Assembly: GCA_030704615.1 (NCBI GenBank)
Contig: CM060732.1
Location: 44,330,001 to 44,394,000, forward strand
DNA: 64,000 nt
DNA from: Takakia lepidozioides
Lineage: Eukaryota > Plantae > Bryophyta
Direction of reading: 5' to 3'
In this document: piece by piece, positions 24,536-38,245 of the stretch
Position numbering within the stretch: the stretch's first letter is position 1
Layout of the letters: every line of letters begins with the position of its first letter
Notes under the pieces: model-generated
The model's database searches: none
What the model was told of the DNA's origin: nothing
What the model saw: the letters and a program-made list of their open reading frames with translations, nothing else
Made by a program: the position numbers and the translations under genes

Positions 24536-27500
24536 TGTCGCGCACTTCACTTTGGTAAGCTCCCCTTCAAGTCATAGTTACTCGCTTTGATGCGCGCGCC
24601 TAACTCCCAAGCTGGCCGTCGGGCTAACTCGGAGCTTCGGCTGCTCACCGGGACATAACGGTCCCCCTGTCTTCCCCCAACAGACCCTCCATCAATTTGG
24701 GACTAGTGGAAATTCCCTTTGGTAGATGGCAGTCCGGAATAGCTCCCCACTCTTTGGTCGCTTTCCGGCTCGCTCGCTTACTCACTAGTTTTTGGTTACC
24801 AACGGGCTTGCACCGTTCTCGGGGTTACTACTCCCTATATATACTTCTGTGACTTCCGCGGGGGTTTCACAAACAACCATGTCATTTTATGGCAAACCGC
24901 CACGAAAACCCTCGACTCCCGGTGATGAGTCGCAGTGAGTCTTGGCCCACCCACCACGGTCCCATTGGACCGTGATGAGTCCCAAGACTCCCCACGACTC
25001 CCACCACAAGGTCTCCGCCCCCATGGTGAGTCCTATGCCACCCCCGCTAAGTCCCACTGAGCTACCACCACCCCTCGTGGAACCACCCCCACCGCAACCC
25101 GGTGTGCGGGGCTCGACCTAGTGAGCGCCTCCGCCTCTTTGAGTGCCATGGGCACTCAAGGGTGCTTCAGCCCCCACATCTATTGTCGCCACTGCCCCCA
25201 CCACAGGGGCAGCCCCTCTCGTGTCCCGACCCCCTACCCTCAAGGCAAAGGGCCACGACACACACCCCTACCAACAGGGAGTCGATGTCCTCATCGACTT
25301 GTCTATTTTGTAGAAACAAACATCCAAATTGTGGCGTCCCACATCAAGGAATTTGTTTCTGCACCATGACGTCCCATGGCTAAGAACCAAACTCCTACTT
25401 GACTCTACTCTCCACTAGCTAGTTCGGCCGATTCCCTCCAAGTCCCGGCCAAGGGTGGAGCCTCTCAAGCTCCTCCCAATGCACTCTTCTTGACCCACTT
25501 CAGGGCCAATGAACGATCCTCCCCGAGGATCGAATCGCCTTACTGCAACAACATTTGCTTGCGACCGCTCGTGATGTCGCTTTTGGCATCACCTTGAGCA
25601 AGGGTTCGCTTTGAACCATTTTTAACTAGGAAGATAACCTTGAACCAACCGTGCGCCCCAATCACTACAATTGGGTCCGCCTTGGAATGCTGGCCTGAGG
25701 TACGGGAACACGCCTAGGCCGCACTACGACTTCGTCCCGAGGCTACACGATTATAGTACGTGAACGGAAGCACGTAGCTTCCGCGTTAGCCCGCACTACA
25801 AGGCAACCCCCTCGGTAGCACAGTTATAGTACGCGCCCGCGTCAGGTGCGCACTAGCACGTGAACTCCCAACGAAGGTGCAAGTTTCCTTGCCCCTTGGG
25901 TGGGAGTCACCCGATTTCGGCACTACACAAACACACGATTAATCCAATTTACCTCTCTCACTTTGTAAGCTTAGCATACATTCTACACACTAGCCAACCA
26001 TACCATGCATCACCATTCCAAACAAAATAGGAAGCACAACATTTGGAAACCATTTCATTTATAACAAAATTTATACAATACAAGTTTTTGCAATCGGATT
26101 CCTGAGCTAGCTAAACCGGGCTAAGCATACATTTCCTCCCCCACGCACCAAGGTTGATGTCTCCATCAACGCTTCTTCCGCTTTTGAGGTCGCCCTTCGA
26201 AAGCTGCAACCGCCTTGGATGCGTTTCCCATTTCTGAGACACGCACCCAAGATGCCTCCACTTGATGATAGCCCTTCCATTTCACGAAATACTCCGTTTC
26301 TCGATTCTTGAACCTCATCAACTTAAGCACTGCCTCTACCTCGTACTCAGGTTCATTTTCATGATCCAACAGCACAGGTGGCGGACGCAACACTTGATGC
26401 CGATTCGGACGCGCTTCATTTTTTAAGTAAGGCTTCAAAATGGAGACGTGGAATACTGGATGCACCTTGCTGTTTGCCGGCAGCTCCATCATACACATCC
26501 TCATTCATAACCTTCCGGATGCGAAAGAGTCCCGCATACGGAGGTACGAACTTTGGACTCACTTCCGGAGGTAGTCGAAAATTCTTGATGTTCAACCAGA
26601 CGTCCGTGCCTGCCTCAAACTTGACTTCCCTCCGCTTCCGATTTGTCTGTCGTTCATACCGTTTCCTAGCTTTAGCGATGTTGTACTTTACGAGCTTCAA
26701 CAAGCGCTCGCGTTCCTCCAACACCGCTGCTGCTGCCGATTCCTCAACGTCTTGGCCAGCCCAACTTGTCGGCACTAGAGGTGCTTTTCCATAGACCAAT
26801 ACGAAGGGGGAAACTCCCGTTGCGGTATGTTTTGTGTTATTATAACATAACTCTACCACATCCAAGTGCTCCACCCAGTCCGATTGGTCTGCCGACACGT
26901 AATTCCGCAAGATCTGCTTCACCACGGAATTCACCTTTTCCGTTTGGCCGTCCGTCGTAGGTCGGAAGGCGGTGCTCATCTTGAGCCTCGTCCCCATCTT
27001 CTTCCAAAGTGCCCTTGCTTTAAGTAGAAAGCAGCAGCTCATGATGGTGTACAGGGGCGAGACGACGCTCCAAAGGAAGATCCGGAAGGCTTACCGGAAG
27101 GGTGAGATGACGAAGTCCGTGATGCGGGACTTGAGGATGGGGGTTAAATCGTAGTTCCACTTGCAAAATGGACTGCTCTGGTACAAGCAAAACCGTCTCT
27201 ACGTGCCGAAGGGAGGGATCAGAAATATTCTCTTAAGAGAATGCCATGATGGTTCGCTTGCGGGCCACGGCGGAGCCAAGCGCACCGCGACACTCTTGAA
27301 TAAAGAGTATTTCTGGCCCAAACTGAGGGAGGAGGCCGAGGAGTATGTCAAGACATGCACCACATTGCAACAAAACCAGAGCAAGTACAAAAAGCAAGCG
27401 GGGCTGTTACAACCCTTGCCGATTCCAGAGGGGTCTTGGGAAAGTGTCTCGATGGATTTCATAACTGCTATGTCGCTGTCAAAAGGATTTGATGCAATCA

Positions 27501-29489
27501 TGGTGGTGGTGGATAGGTTCAGTAAAATGGGCCATTTCATCCCCACCAAGGAGACGGCAACGGCATAGGAGACGGGGCGACTTTACTTCACCCACGTCTT
27601 CAAGCATCATGGACTCCCGAAGGATATTGTCTCGGACCGCGATCCAAAGTTTACGAGTAAATTTTGGAGCCACCACATTGTCCCGTCCCGGTTTGTACTG
27701 GATATCCACGTCGAATAGTGCCAAAGTGTCTTGCCACCTAATTTGTTTTGGGGACAACTTAGGCTGCGTGGCAAAATACTTCACCGTGACATTGTCTGTG
27801 AATACCTTCACCGGGTCGGAACCAATATAGTGGCGCCAAAGCTCAAGGCAATGCACCACCGCCTTCATTTCTTTCTCGTGCGTAGGCCACCGTCGCTCCA
27901 CTTCATTCAATTTCTTACTTTCATAAGCCACTGGACGTCCATCCTGCATAAGTACACTCCCAATTGCGAAGTTCGACGCATCTGTATGGATCTCAAATGG
28001 ACGGTCGAACTCCGGGATTTTGAGGACTGGAGCTTCCGCCATCCGCTGCTTCAACTCGGCAAAAGCTTGGCCACAAAAGATGTTCCATACCCAGACTTTG
28101 GATTTACACAGGAGGTCTGACAGCGGCCCCGCGATCTTGGCGAAATTTCTCACATACTTCCGGTAATAGGAGACGAGTCCTAGAAAGGATCGCACTCCCG
28201 GGATCGAAGTCGGAGGCTCCCAATCCTAAATCGCCCTCACCTTTTTGTCATCCATTTTGATCCCATCCTGTGTAATCACATGCCCCAGGAACTCCACTTT
28301 CGTGACCCCGAATTCGCACTTTGAAGCTTTGGCATACAGCTTCCCTTCCCGCAATTTCTGGAACACCCTTTTTAGGTGCTCCAGGTGCTCTTCCTTTGTT
28401 TTCGAGTACACCAAGATGTCGTCGATGTACACGATCACAAAGTCATCCAACCACTCTTGGAAAAGGCTGTTCATTAGTGTGCTAAAGGTCGCGGGTGCGT
28501 TGGTGAGCCCAAAAGACATCACCAAGAACTCATATGAACCATACCTTGTCATGCACACTACAACAGATGAGCGTTTTTATGACTGCACATATGACTATTT
28601 TTTCAGTCCTATATGCGTTCATGACTATATCACTCTGCAGTGAAAAAAACCCTGTCATAGCGACTAGTCTTTAGGACTGCGTTTTGCAAGTCATAGCCGT
28701 GACTGCGTGCGTGGCACCTGGAGTCATGCTGTAGAGAGGATGTAGTCACAACTATATGATTTATATATGACTAACTATATGACTACATGTCTACAAAGTA
28801 TAACTCCATTGGAGAGGCATCAGAGAGACATACGTAGCACTCCGGATGTGACACGTGTCCACATGGACAACATATATGACCCACACATGGGAAAGAATAT
28901 CGTATCATATAATGCCACATTGCCATGATGTAGTCATGAGTATATAACTTCATGACTAAAGAGGTTTTTTAATAATATTTTAATTTAATAAATTAAATTA
29001 TACAATTATAATATTTAGATTATTAATTGATTTAAATTCTCATTAGGTTTCTAGGAAAATAGAATGGAAACCATTGTTGTCTTTTTTTATTATTTTTATT
29101 TTTGTTAACAAAGAGGGACAGTGTGGGACATTGGCCTCTAGAACTTTATAGGTAATGGACATAAAATGTCCTTGGATACAAAGAGGAAAAATAACCTCTG
29201 AATAGAGTGCCATAGAGGCTGAAAGATGAAGACACAGCTTCGCGTACCAAGACAAGAAAGAGTAGTAAGAAGGAAGGCAAGCAAAGAATGGGGTCTGCAT
29301 AGAGCTAAAGAGTCTAGCAAGAAAAGAGACTGCAGCCAGAAACTACTGCCATAACTTGGAAACAGAAAGGCACCGAGATAAGGAGAAGAACTGAAAATCA
29401 GCTAACAATGTCATAAGAAAGCTGGGCCCTAGGCCTAGCCTTCCACTTCCTAAAAGATCTACAGATGGAGAGACATCTCTGCAGGGGTC

Positions 29490-29680
29490 GTGCTCTTCAG
29501 CTCAAGACCAACCAATTGATCATCTGTCCATGCAGGTTTCTTATAGCTATCCTTCCACAGGGAATCATATGTAATCTGGAGATTGAAATCTGGCCCTCTT
29601 GGATGAATCTGGACCTATGCACTCTATCCCTGCTCCTTCAGCTATCCATGCCTCTGCACAAATCATGTATATATGTATCA
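29490..29680 (-). pseudogene. Captured PDF second half-exon with upstream intron
   Basis: ccag|IHPRGPDFNLQITYDSLWKDSYKKPAWTDDQL. Confidence 0.75.
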
Positions 29681-29690
29681 TGTATCAGAG

Positions 29691-29729
<39 letters not shown>

Positions 29730-31329
29730 TTACCATGTCACATTCCCAATCTCTGGGGGGAGCTTAAGAATACAGTTCGTAATCAAAAAATCCCTTTAAA
29801 AATACTGGCTTGGTAATTCTTGGGTTCAAATAGCTTTAACAAGTATGTTGTAAGCTCAACAGGTCTTTGAGAAAACCATTCCAGCAGGCTTAAGAGTGAG
29901 AGCTTTGATGAAAACAATTCCCTATTACAGCTTTAAAGGACTTGTATGTTCCTAAAAGCACAAGCTGAACTGATTGTACTTCCATAAGTAGATGCAGGGC
30001 TATGGTATGTATCCCAGGGCCTTATCCAGTCACTCTGCCAAGTTTTAGAGAGATCCTCAAAAATACCAGTCTGTAATCAGGTTATAATCTCCATGGGGGA
30101 GCCTGAAAGAATGTATGTGTTCTTAAAAAGGCTTACCCAATGCCTTACTCTAAACTAGTGAGGCATAAACAGCACTGTCTGACTCTCCAAAAGGCCAGAA
30201 AACAGGTCTGGAAAAATGCATCCAATGTCACACTTGCATCACCAAACCCTTGTCATCACAACCAGCCCGAACCTTCACAATAAGGTCTGATTTCTAGGAG
30301 GCCCAGCCCATTTACTTCCCTGACTTAATAGATTTGGTTACCAAGAACCAGAAATCAAAGTAAAGGTTTAAGGCATATCCCCCTTGAAGCAGCTTTGAAG
30401 CAGAAAATTGCAACAACGGCAGCTTGCAGCATATCTTATCCCTCCTGCAGTAACCAGATCATCTGCAAGCCAAAGAGTTCATGCCAAGTGAAATCCCTCA
30501 CCTGCGCCCGTCCCAAAAACAAACACAAAAAATGTTTTGTGCGTTAGTGAGGATGCGCGAGGTGAATTACAGGATTTCACAGTTGCTATCCATGTCAGGT
30601 ATGAGCCATAAAGCATGCAAAGATCACAGAACCAGCAGAAGAAAGCATAGATGTGACACCACAAAGAACCTCAATCTTTTGTGGAGTAGGACGTTGCAGT
30701 GTTCATCATCTGAATTTGAACGAGCACAACAGAATGCAACAGGAGGAGAGTTGAGGACAGGTTGTATCTTGTAATACAGGCCGCTTCCCCACCTCCATAA
30801 CCGCCGCTGCTTCATCAATGAGGAAAAAACGTAGGCAAACATAACAGTATGTCATTTGCCATCGCAGGAGATGAAAGTGTCTGCCATTATCGCGCGTTCA
30901 AAAAACAAGAACACACCCGTTCGGATCTTGCTGCTCGGGCATTCAGCCGCCATCGAGCATTCGTCCGCCATCGCCCTCTTCCAGAGAAAAAAAACACGCA
31001 CGATATCGTGTTGTGTCTAGGGCAGAGAGACACTTAAAGGAAAACCACCCGCGATTTCATCCACCATCCGGTATGGATGGTATCAGACCAGGATGAAAAA
31101 TGGGCATTCAATAGGTTTAAATCAAAGGAGCATAAACCTAAAATGCGTTGAAATGCATATCTGCCTATAAATCATCCAGTTATGGTTATAACAGAAATTT
31201 CATTCAGTATGGATGAAACCTTAAAAATTGGGATTAAAAATATATAGTATTTCCAAAATAAGTATTATGGAAAAAAATTAATAATCCCAAACAAGTAGTT
31301 GGAGAGAGGGAGAGAGAGAGAGTCACCGG

Positions 31330-32310
31330 GGAAGGTGGTCATCATGGTACTCCAAGACACCACATCTTGTTCAGCCATGTTGTTAAACACTCCTTTTGCA
31401 TCATTGCTACACCTACATTTGGCATACATATTGTCCACCAGGGGAGTGTTCAAAATGACATCTGGTACATTTGCAGCTTGACGATGCAACCATAGACCTT
31501 CTGCCCTTTTCCAGGGCTGCCAGGCTTGCACACGCATTGCAAACACATACACACGTTATGTGGTCGGGCTTCATTATCCCTTCCCTCATAATTTGCTCAT
31601 AGGTCTCCAAAGCCTCCATCCCTCAAATCATGAATACTTGCTGCTAGCAGCTAACACTGACGGCGTGAAGTTCTTCCAGCAAACCCCAACCCTAATTATT
31701 ACAGTAGTTCTAATTCTAAATTGCATCTACTTCTCTCTAGTGTAGTCCAACATGCATTCACCTTTTTGTCTCCATTGTCTCGCCATTGACTGGGGTCGGA
31801 AAAGTGTTCATTCCAAAGCTTCTCCTCATCTCTATTACCTGTTTTTGGATACTTTCATGTTGCCAAACAGAGCAAAACAGGCTGAAATAGGTCAAAGAAA
31901 AAGGTATCCTCACCACATTGTCCTTTACCTTGTATCATGACCCATAGAGGATTTGACCGACCATCAGCCCAAAAGGACCCCTTGTGTGTGCTGCTTGTAT
32001 CTGTAGTCAGGTAATGTTGGATTGGTATGTGAGATCGAACCACCACGGTGCAGCTGAGCAGGCAGAGATTGAAACATGGCATGCTAAGACCAAGCTGACT
32101 CTCCCAAGAACGGCGAGCGTCTCCTCGTCTCGTCTCTCTCCCAAAAACAGCGAGCTCACAAGAATGTTGGGATCTTCTCCTCGTCTCCTCTCCTCCTCCT
32201 CTTCTCCTTCCTGCATCATTTGCTCAAGAGTAGGAAGGTCTACAAAGCCTCCATCCCACGCCCCTACATATCCTGCGATCATCGCGTTCCATGACACAAC
32301 ATCAAATAGA
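31330..32310 (-). pseudogene. Captured PPR and PDF fragments in CACTA A
   Basis: NMYAKCRCSNDAKGVFNNMAEQDVVSWSTM, DVVSWNAMIAGY, LWNEHFSDPSQW and FWADGRSNPLWV. Confidence 0.8.
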
Positions 32311-35300
32311 TGGTGAAACGCAGGAGACAAAAAAGCCTAAGTCCCAGCCCGGTGTAAAGTTCAGTGGTGTAATCTTAAACCGTTAGATCTTAAACAATCT
32401 AGACCATTAGATCCTGTAAAATCTAACGATTCAAAATAATTTCCATCACATGATCTAACCTTGAACAACCACGTATTTTAATCTCATATATCTTGCGATC
32501 CTTGTTAAGCCACGTCCATCCAGGTCCAATTTATTGAACAGATATCAAATCGACACACCGTATAGGCGGATGGATGAACCCATCCATTGAATGAATTCAT
32601 TAATGTATATGCCTTTTAAATGACATGTGTAGTGATGTAGTCATATATATAGAGTTATGAAACAATTTGCAGTAAGGGACTCATAAGTTTACATGCCATG
32701 TCATCGATGGATAAACTCATCCAATGGATGAATACATTCATGTATGTGCTTTCAAAATGACACGTGTAGGGATGTAGTCGTATAAATAGAGCTGTAAAAC
32801 CATCTTCAGTCATGGAGTCACAAGATTCCATGAAACGTCGTCCACGTCTAGTCAAACATATCACACTAGTCATAAAACCATCCTTGTCATCATGGTCAAC
32901 AATGTTTGACCAATGCTCCCTAATTTTCCGGAGTCATGTAGTGATATCCATTACTATAAAGTGATAAAACTATGACTGCAACGCACTTCAGCGCTCTGTA
33001 GTCGTATACTTAGTGCCGTTTTTATGACTCCGACAAATCCGTAGTCCTAAAAACGCTCATATCTTGTAGTGGCACGTGGTCTTCTCCTCGTCTCCTTCCG
33101 CCACTAGAATTTGATGGTAGCCGGAGCGCAAATCAATCCGGCTGAAATACTTCGCTCCTGCCAACCGATCAAAAAGGTCGTCGATCCTTGGCAAAAGGTA
33201 GCGGTTTTTTATAGTCACCTTATTTAGAGCCTTGTAATCGACACACATCCGTAGCGTCCCATCCTTCTTGTCTGCGAATAGCACCGGGGCTCCGTAAGGT
33301 GACTTACTCGGCCAGATGTACCCCTTTGACATTAGATCTTTGAGCTGAGTCTTCAGCTCGACCAACTCTCTGTGGCTCAACCGGTAGGGCGCCTTGGCAG
33401 GCGGCTCCGATCCCGGTATCACCTCAATCTTGTGGTCAACTCCTCTTCGTAGTGGCAAGCCGCTTGGTAAATCCTCCGGCATCACATCCTGGTATTTCTT
33501 CAAAATCCCCTTGATCCAATCTGGGCTCGGCTCCCCATTGCCTTCTCCCTTCACTTGTCTTACATAGAGCAAAAATTGGGGCTCGTGTGACTCCTCCACG
33601 GTCCACTCCCTTGCTGACAGAAGGTTTATTTGCCCTCCCACGGGGTTGGGCGTTTCCGACACTCGTAAAACTTCGCCACCATTCCCACACAGTAGCGTGA
33701 CTATCCTCTTGCGGCTATCTATGACCGCTCCGGATCTGCTTAAAAATGTCATCCCCAAAATGAGATCCACTCCATCGATCTCGCAAATGCTGAAGTTCTC
33801 ACGTCCCTCCCAACTCCCGAGCTGAAGAGGAATATCGAACGCCAACCTCGTCGCCAATTGTGGTTCTCATTTAGCAGAACACACCTCAATAGAGGCCCCC
33901 ACATCACTTGTCGGGAGTCCAAGCTTCCGTGCCGTTGCCGGTGTCATGAAGGAGTGCGACACTCCTGTGTCCACCAACAACGACACGTTAGTTCCGGAGA
34001 TTATCCCACTCACAAACATTAACTGACTCCCTTTACGCACGGCGCTAGTTTCCTGATACAACTCACAAGAGTAATTGCCTACCTTGCAAGTCTTGGCGAC
34101 CACCGCCTCCACCAAGCGGCTGATGGAAGCTTCGGACAACTCCGTGGTTGCCCGAGTCATATTCAATTGTCAGGGATTCGTACACTTCTTGGCCATGTGC
34201 CCGGACTCCCCACAATTGAAGCACACTCCATCGAAGGTCGCCTTTTGTCCGCCATAAGGCGTCGCACCTGATTTTCTTTTCGGAGCACCGGGTGTCGTCT
34301 TGGCGTGTGAAGACCCTCCCTTCGATTTCCAAGTGCCATTGTCGCCGCGTGACCTATCCCACTTCTTTTCCGGTCGAAAGGAGTCACCCTCTCGTTGGGT
34401 CTTCTTGTGGTTCAGCTCCGTACGGCCTTGTCTTTCGCCCCTAGGGACATCCGAGAAACATTCAGCCCTCTCAATTGCCTCGTTCAAAGTCTTAGGTGGC
34501 TTCTCCTCCAACTTCCGTCTGGCCCATGGGGCCAGTCCCGCCACAAAGTTGAAGACCATTTTTGGTTCTACCATGTCCGCGACTTTGAGCAACAGCACAT
34601 TGAAAGCCTGAACATATCCCCGAATGTCATCCGTTTGCTTCAGATTCCTCATCTTGTCCCGGGCGAGCCAGGACGCGTTGATAGGCACAAACTGTCTCTT
34701 CATCAGTTCCTTGAACCCACTCCAATTCAAGGTTTCCGGGGACCTCGGTTGTGAAGGTGTTTCTGCCACCATTGTTCAGCATAGCCCCTCAAATTTGTGG
34801 CAGCCACTTCCACCCGATCCTCGTTTCTCAACTTGGCGGCCCGGAAGTACTGCTCTAGCTCCAAGAGCCAGGTGTTGAGTGCCTTCCGATTTCGGACGCC
34901 CTCAAAGGTGTCGGGTTCCTTAGGCTTCACCTTAAATTTTGCCTTAGTGGAAGTGACATTAGCCTTCAACACGTCTTTCAACGTCCCGCCAAACTGCGCC
35001 AACAACCCTTCCCAAAAGGCTGCTGGCATGGGAGGCATCTGCTGGTCTGTCGGAGCTCTTAGAGATTTCTCGGGCTCCGACTCCTCAGATTCCTCCCGTT
35101 CTTGAGTGGCCTCATTTTCAAAAGCATGCATCGCTTCCTTAAATGGCCGCTTCGGTGACACGTCGCCCCCATCGGGTTCACCAGGATCATCATCTTTCGG
35201 GCCGTTCCGCTTTCGCTTTGGCTTGCCCGACCCCATGATGAGGCCGATCCCAAGGACGATCACGTACTGAATACCCGGCGGCCAGGTTGGGAGTTAGGTG

Positions 35301-35992
35301 CGTGTATCAAAGCGAGTAACTATGACTTGAAGGGGAGCTTACCGAAGTGAGGTGCGCGACACTTGGTATTAGAGCTCAGAGCTTCGGCTGCTCACCGGGA
35401 CATAACGGTCCCCCTGTCTTCCCCCAACTGACCCTCCATCAATTTGGGACTAGTGGAAATTCTCTTTGGTAGATGGCAGTCCGGAATAGCTCCCCACTCT
35501 TTGGTCGCTTACTCAATAGTTTTTGGTCACCAACGGGCTTGCACCGTTCTCGGGGTTACTACTCCCTATATATACTTCTGTGACTGTCTACGGGGGTTTC
35601 ACAAACAACCATGCCATTTTATGGCGAACCACCACGAAAACCCTCGACTCCCGGTGATGAGTCGCAGTGAGTCTTGACCCACCCACCACAGTCCTATTGG
35701 ACCGTGATGAGTCCCAAGACTCCCCACGACTCCCACCACAAGGTCTCCGCCCCCATGGTGAGTCCTATGCCACCCCCACTAAGTCCCACTGAGCTACCAC
35801 CACCCCTCGTGGAACCACCCCCACCGCAACTCGGTGTGCGGGGCTCCACCTAGTGAGCGCCTCCGCCTCCTTGAGTGCCTTGGGCACTCAAGGGTGCTTC
35901 AGCCCCTGCATCTATTGTCGCCACTGCCCCCACCACAGGGGCAGCCCCTCTCGTGTCCCGACCCCCTGCCCTCAAGGCAAAGGGCCGCGATA

Positions 35993-37250
35993 CGAATTGA
36001 GGGATTTGAACTCTTTCGCCTTGACAAAAGAGTTTCTCAACACGAAACTCTCGTCTAACATTGTTTTGGTTCAAAAGCTTGCATGTTTTTTAACCAATAT
36101 GGAGGGATATGAACTGAGGGCTGTGAACTTATTTGCCTGCACAAGAGTTTTTCAACACGAAACTCTTCTCTGACAATGTTTTTGTTCAAAAACCTGCATG
36201 TTTTTTAACCAATATGAAGGGATATGAACTGAGAGATTTGAATTGCTTCACCATAACAAAAGAGTTTATCAACACGAAACTTTAGTGTGCTAATGATTGT
36301 GTTCAAAATCTTCCACCATTTTGAAGCAATATTAAGGGTCATAAACTGAGGCATCTGAACTGCTTTGTCGTGACAAAAAAGTTTCTCAACACGAAACACT
36401 TGTTTGACAGTGTTCTTATTCAAAAACCTACATACATTTGACTAATATGGAGGGATATGAACTGAGGGATGTAAACTGCTCGCCAGAAGAAAAAGAGTTT
36501 TTCAACACGAAACTCTAGTCTGACAGTGATTGTGTTAAAAAAAACTGCATCATTTGAACAAAAATGGTCCTCACAACTGAGGGATTTGAATTATTTGTCG
36601 TGACAAAAGAGTTTCTCAACACGAAACACTTGTTTTACAGTGATTTTGTTCAAAAACCTCCATGTTTTTTAAAACAATATGGACGGATATCAACTAAGGG
36701 ATTTGAACTCATTTGCCGTGGCACAAACGTTTCTCAACACGAAATTCTTGTCTGAAAGTATTTTTGTTCAAAAAATTGAATGTTTTTTAATCAATATGGA
36801 GGGATATGAACTGATGAATTTGAAATCATTTGTCGTTACAACAAAGTTTCTAAACACGAAACATTTGACTAACAATGATTTTGTCCAAAAACCTACATAT
36901 TTTTTAAACAATGTGGAGGGATATGAACTGAGGGATTTGAACTCATTCGCCATAGCATAAGAGTTTCTCAATTCGAAACTCTTTGCTGACAGTGTTTTCG
37001 TTCTAAAACCTACATGCTTTTGAACCAATATGGAGGGATATTGATCGAGGGAATTGAATTGATTTCCTATAATTGAAAGAGTTTCTCAACAAAAACTCAT
37101 GTATGACATTGTTCTTGCTCAAAAACCTGCATGCTGCTGAACCAATATTGAGAGATATCAACTCAGGGATTTGAACTGCTTTGTCGTAACAAAAGAGTTT
37201 TTCAACACGATTCAACTCTTGTCTTACAGTGTATTTGTTCAAAAACATGT
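35993..37250. repeat. 117-bp tandem satellite, right part
   Basis: Same unit as 23750-24535, continuing directly after the TSD. Confidence 0.9.
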
Positions 37251-38245
37251 GCGGTTTTCTTTGGGCATCTCAAGAATATTTTTCATATTTTTTTCATGTT
37301 TGTGAGCATCCTAACTGCACGCTACTTAACTTCTCTTCAGGGATCAGAGTTTCACATTGCAAATGCATATCTCAATATGTAATTGTATTAGTTGTTAGGG
37401 GAGAGAGTTTCACTCTACAAAACTATACATGGGTGGGGCCTTTAAAAGTGACATATTCATCATTTCAGCTACAGTGTGACTTCTTCTCAGGCTGGTTGGT
37501 ACGGACTCCGAAGTTTCGCCGTACGAAATTATCCATGGGTGATGATCTTAAATTTAAGGTTAGGCCTCACCGCACACTCTCGTGTCTGTTATGAAAAGGG
37601 CCTGGTATCGTGTGAGCACAACGTAAAAAAAAACCACGCTTATAGGGTAACTATTCATCAGGTATGGGGGTTACTTTGTTCTTTATGTATTAGTTTCGCA
37701 AAATTGTTAGTTTCGCCAATTCCGTTTTGCCGTGGAAATTCGGAGAATATGCCCTTGTGCTCATGTAAGCATGCTCACGCGCTACCCAATCTCTCGCCAT
37801 CCTATCGACTCACTTGGCGTAACTTACATCTTCTTCGTTGTCCTTGCGATGGAGAACGTACTATGATTCATAATATCGTCCAGGATGCTGATGCTGTGGT
37901 TGCTCGCGATGTTGGGTTCATGTCCTCCGAAAGAGCAGATACACACGTACTCCCATCCGACGTCACCATTCCACTCAATGGCGGGTTGACATCAAGTCCT
38001 CTCTTACGATGGACTGCATACATTGGCAAACGTTGTCATCGCTGATCCTACTAGGTCAAATCTTGTAGTATTATTACTTGAATCGGTATATCCCTATGTA
38101 ACCCCGATCTCTCATGTAAGTCTGGTTAGTCCATTTCATATGTCTTGGTTGGATTTTGAGACCAAGTGGAGTTACACACCTCGTCGTGTAACTCCGACCG
38201 GAGTTTACACGTTCCATGTCACTCTCAAGAGAGAGTGAGAAAGCG

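Larger units (their letters stand above)
28556..33071. mobile_element. Non-autonomous CACTA element A (Pack-CACTA) inserted in the Gypsy 1 RT
   Basis: TIRs CACTACAACAGATGAGCGTTTTTA / TAAAAACGCTCATATCTTGTAGTG; 3-bp TSD GCA; dense atgact/agtcat subterminal repeats at both ends. No transposase; PDF and PPR fragments inside. Confidence 0.93.
24536..35992 (-). mobile_element. Ty3/Gypsy chromovirus-type LTR retrotransposon 1 (full-length, decayed)
   Basis: LTRs at 24536-25260 (TG..CA) and ~35270-35992; TSD CGAAT on both sides. Gag with CCHC knuckle (CFNCGESGHMAKKC), protease (LLVDTG), RT (YIDD), RNase H, integrase and chromodomain (YEVEAVLK..EYFVKWKGY); iMet-type PBS tggtattagagc. Confidence 0.95.

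Noticed and set aside
29750-30370. Possible L1 LINE remnant inside CACTA A
   Set aside because: Only a weak FLW..PxxEGG-like trace among many stops; not supportable without a search.
34164-34172. In-frame TGA-CAA-TTG between gag and pol, resembling a CARYYA readthrough signal
   Set aside because: The match is imperfect, and a CGA>TGA change is simpler given the many C>T stops in both copies. Copy 2 lacks this region, so it cannot be tested here.
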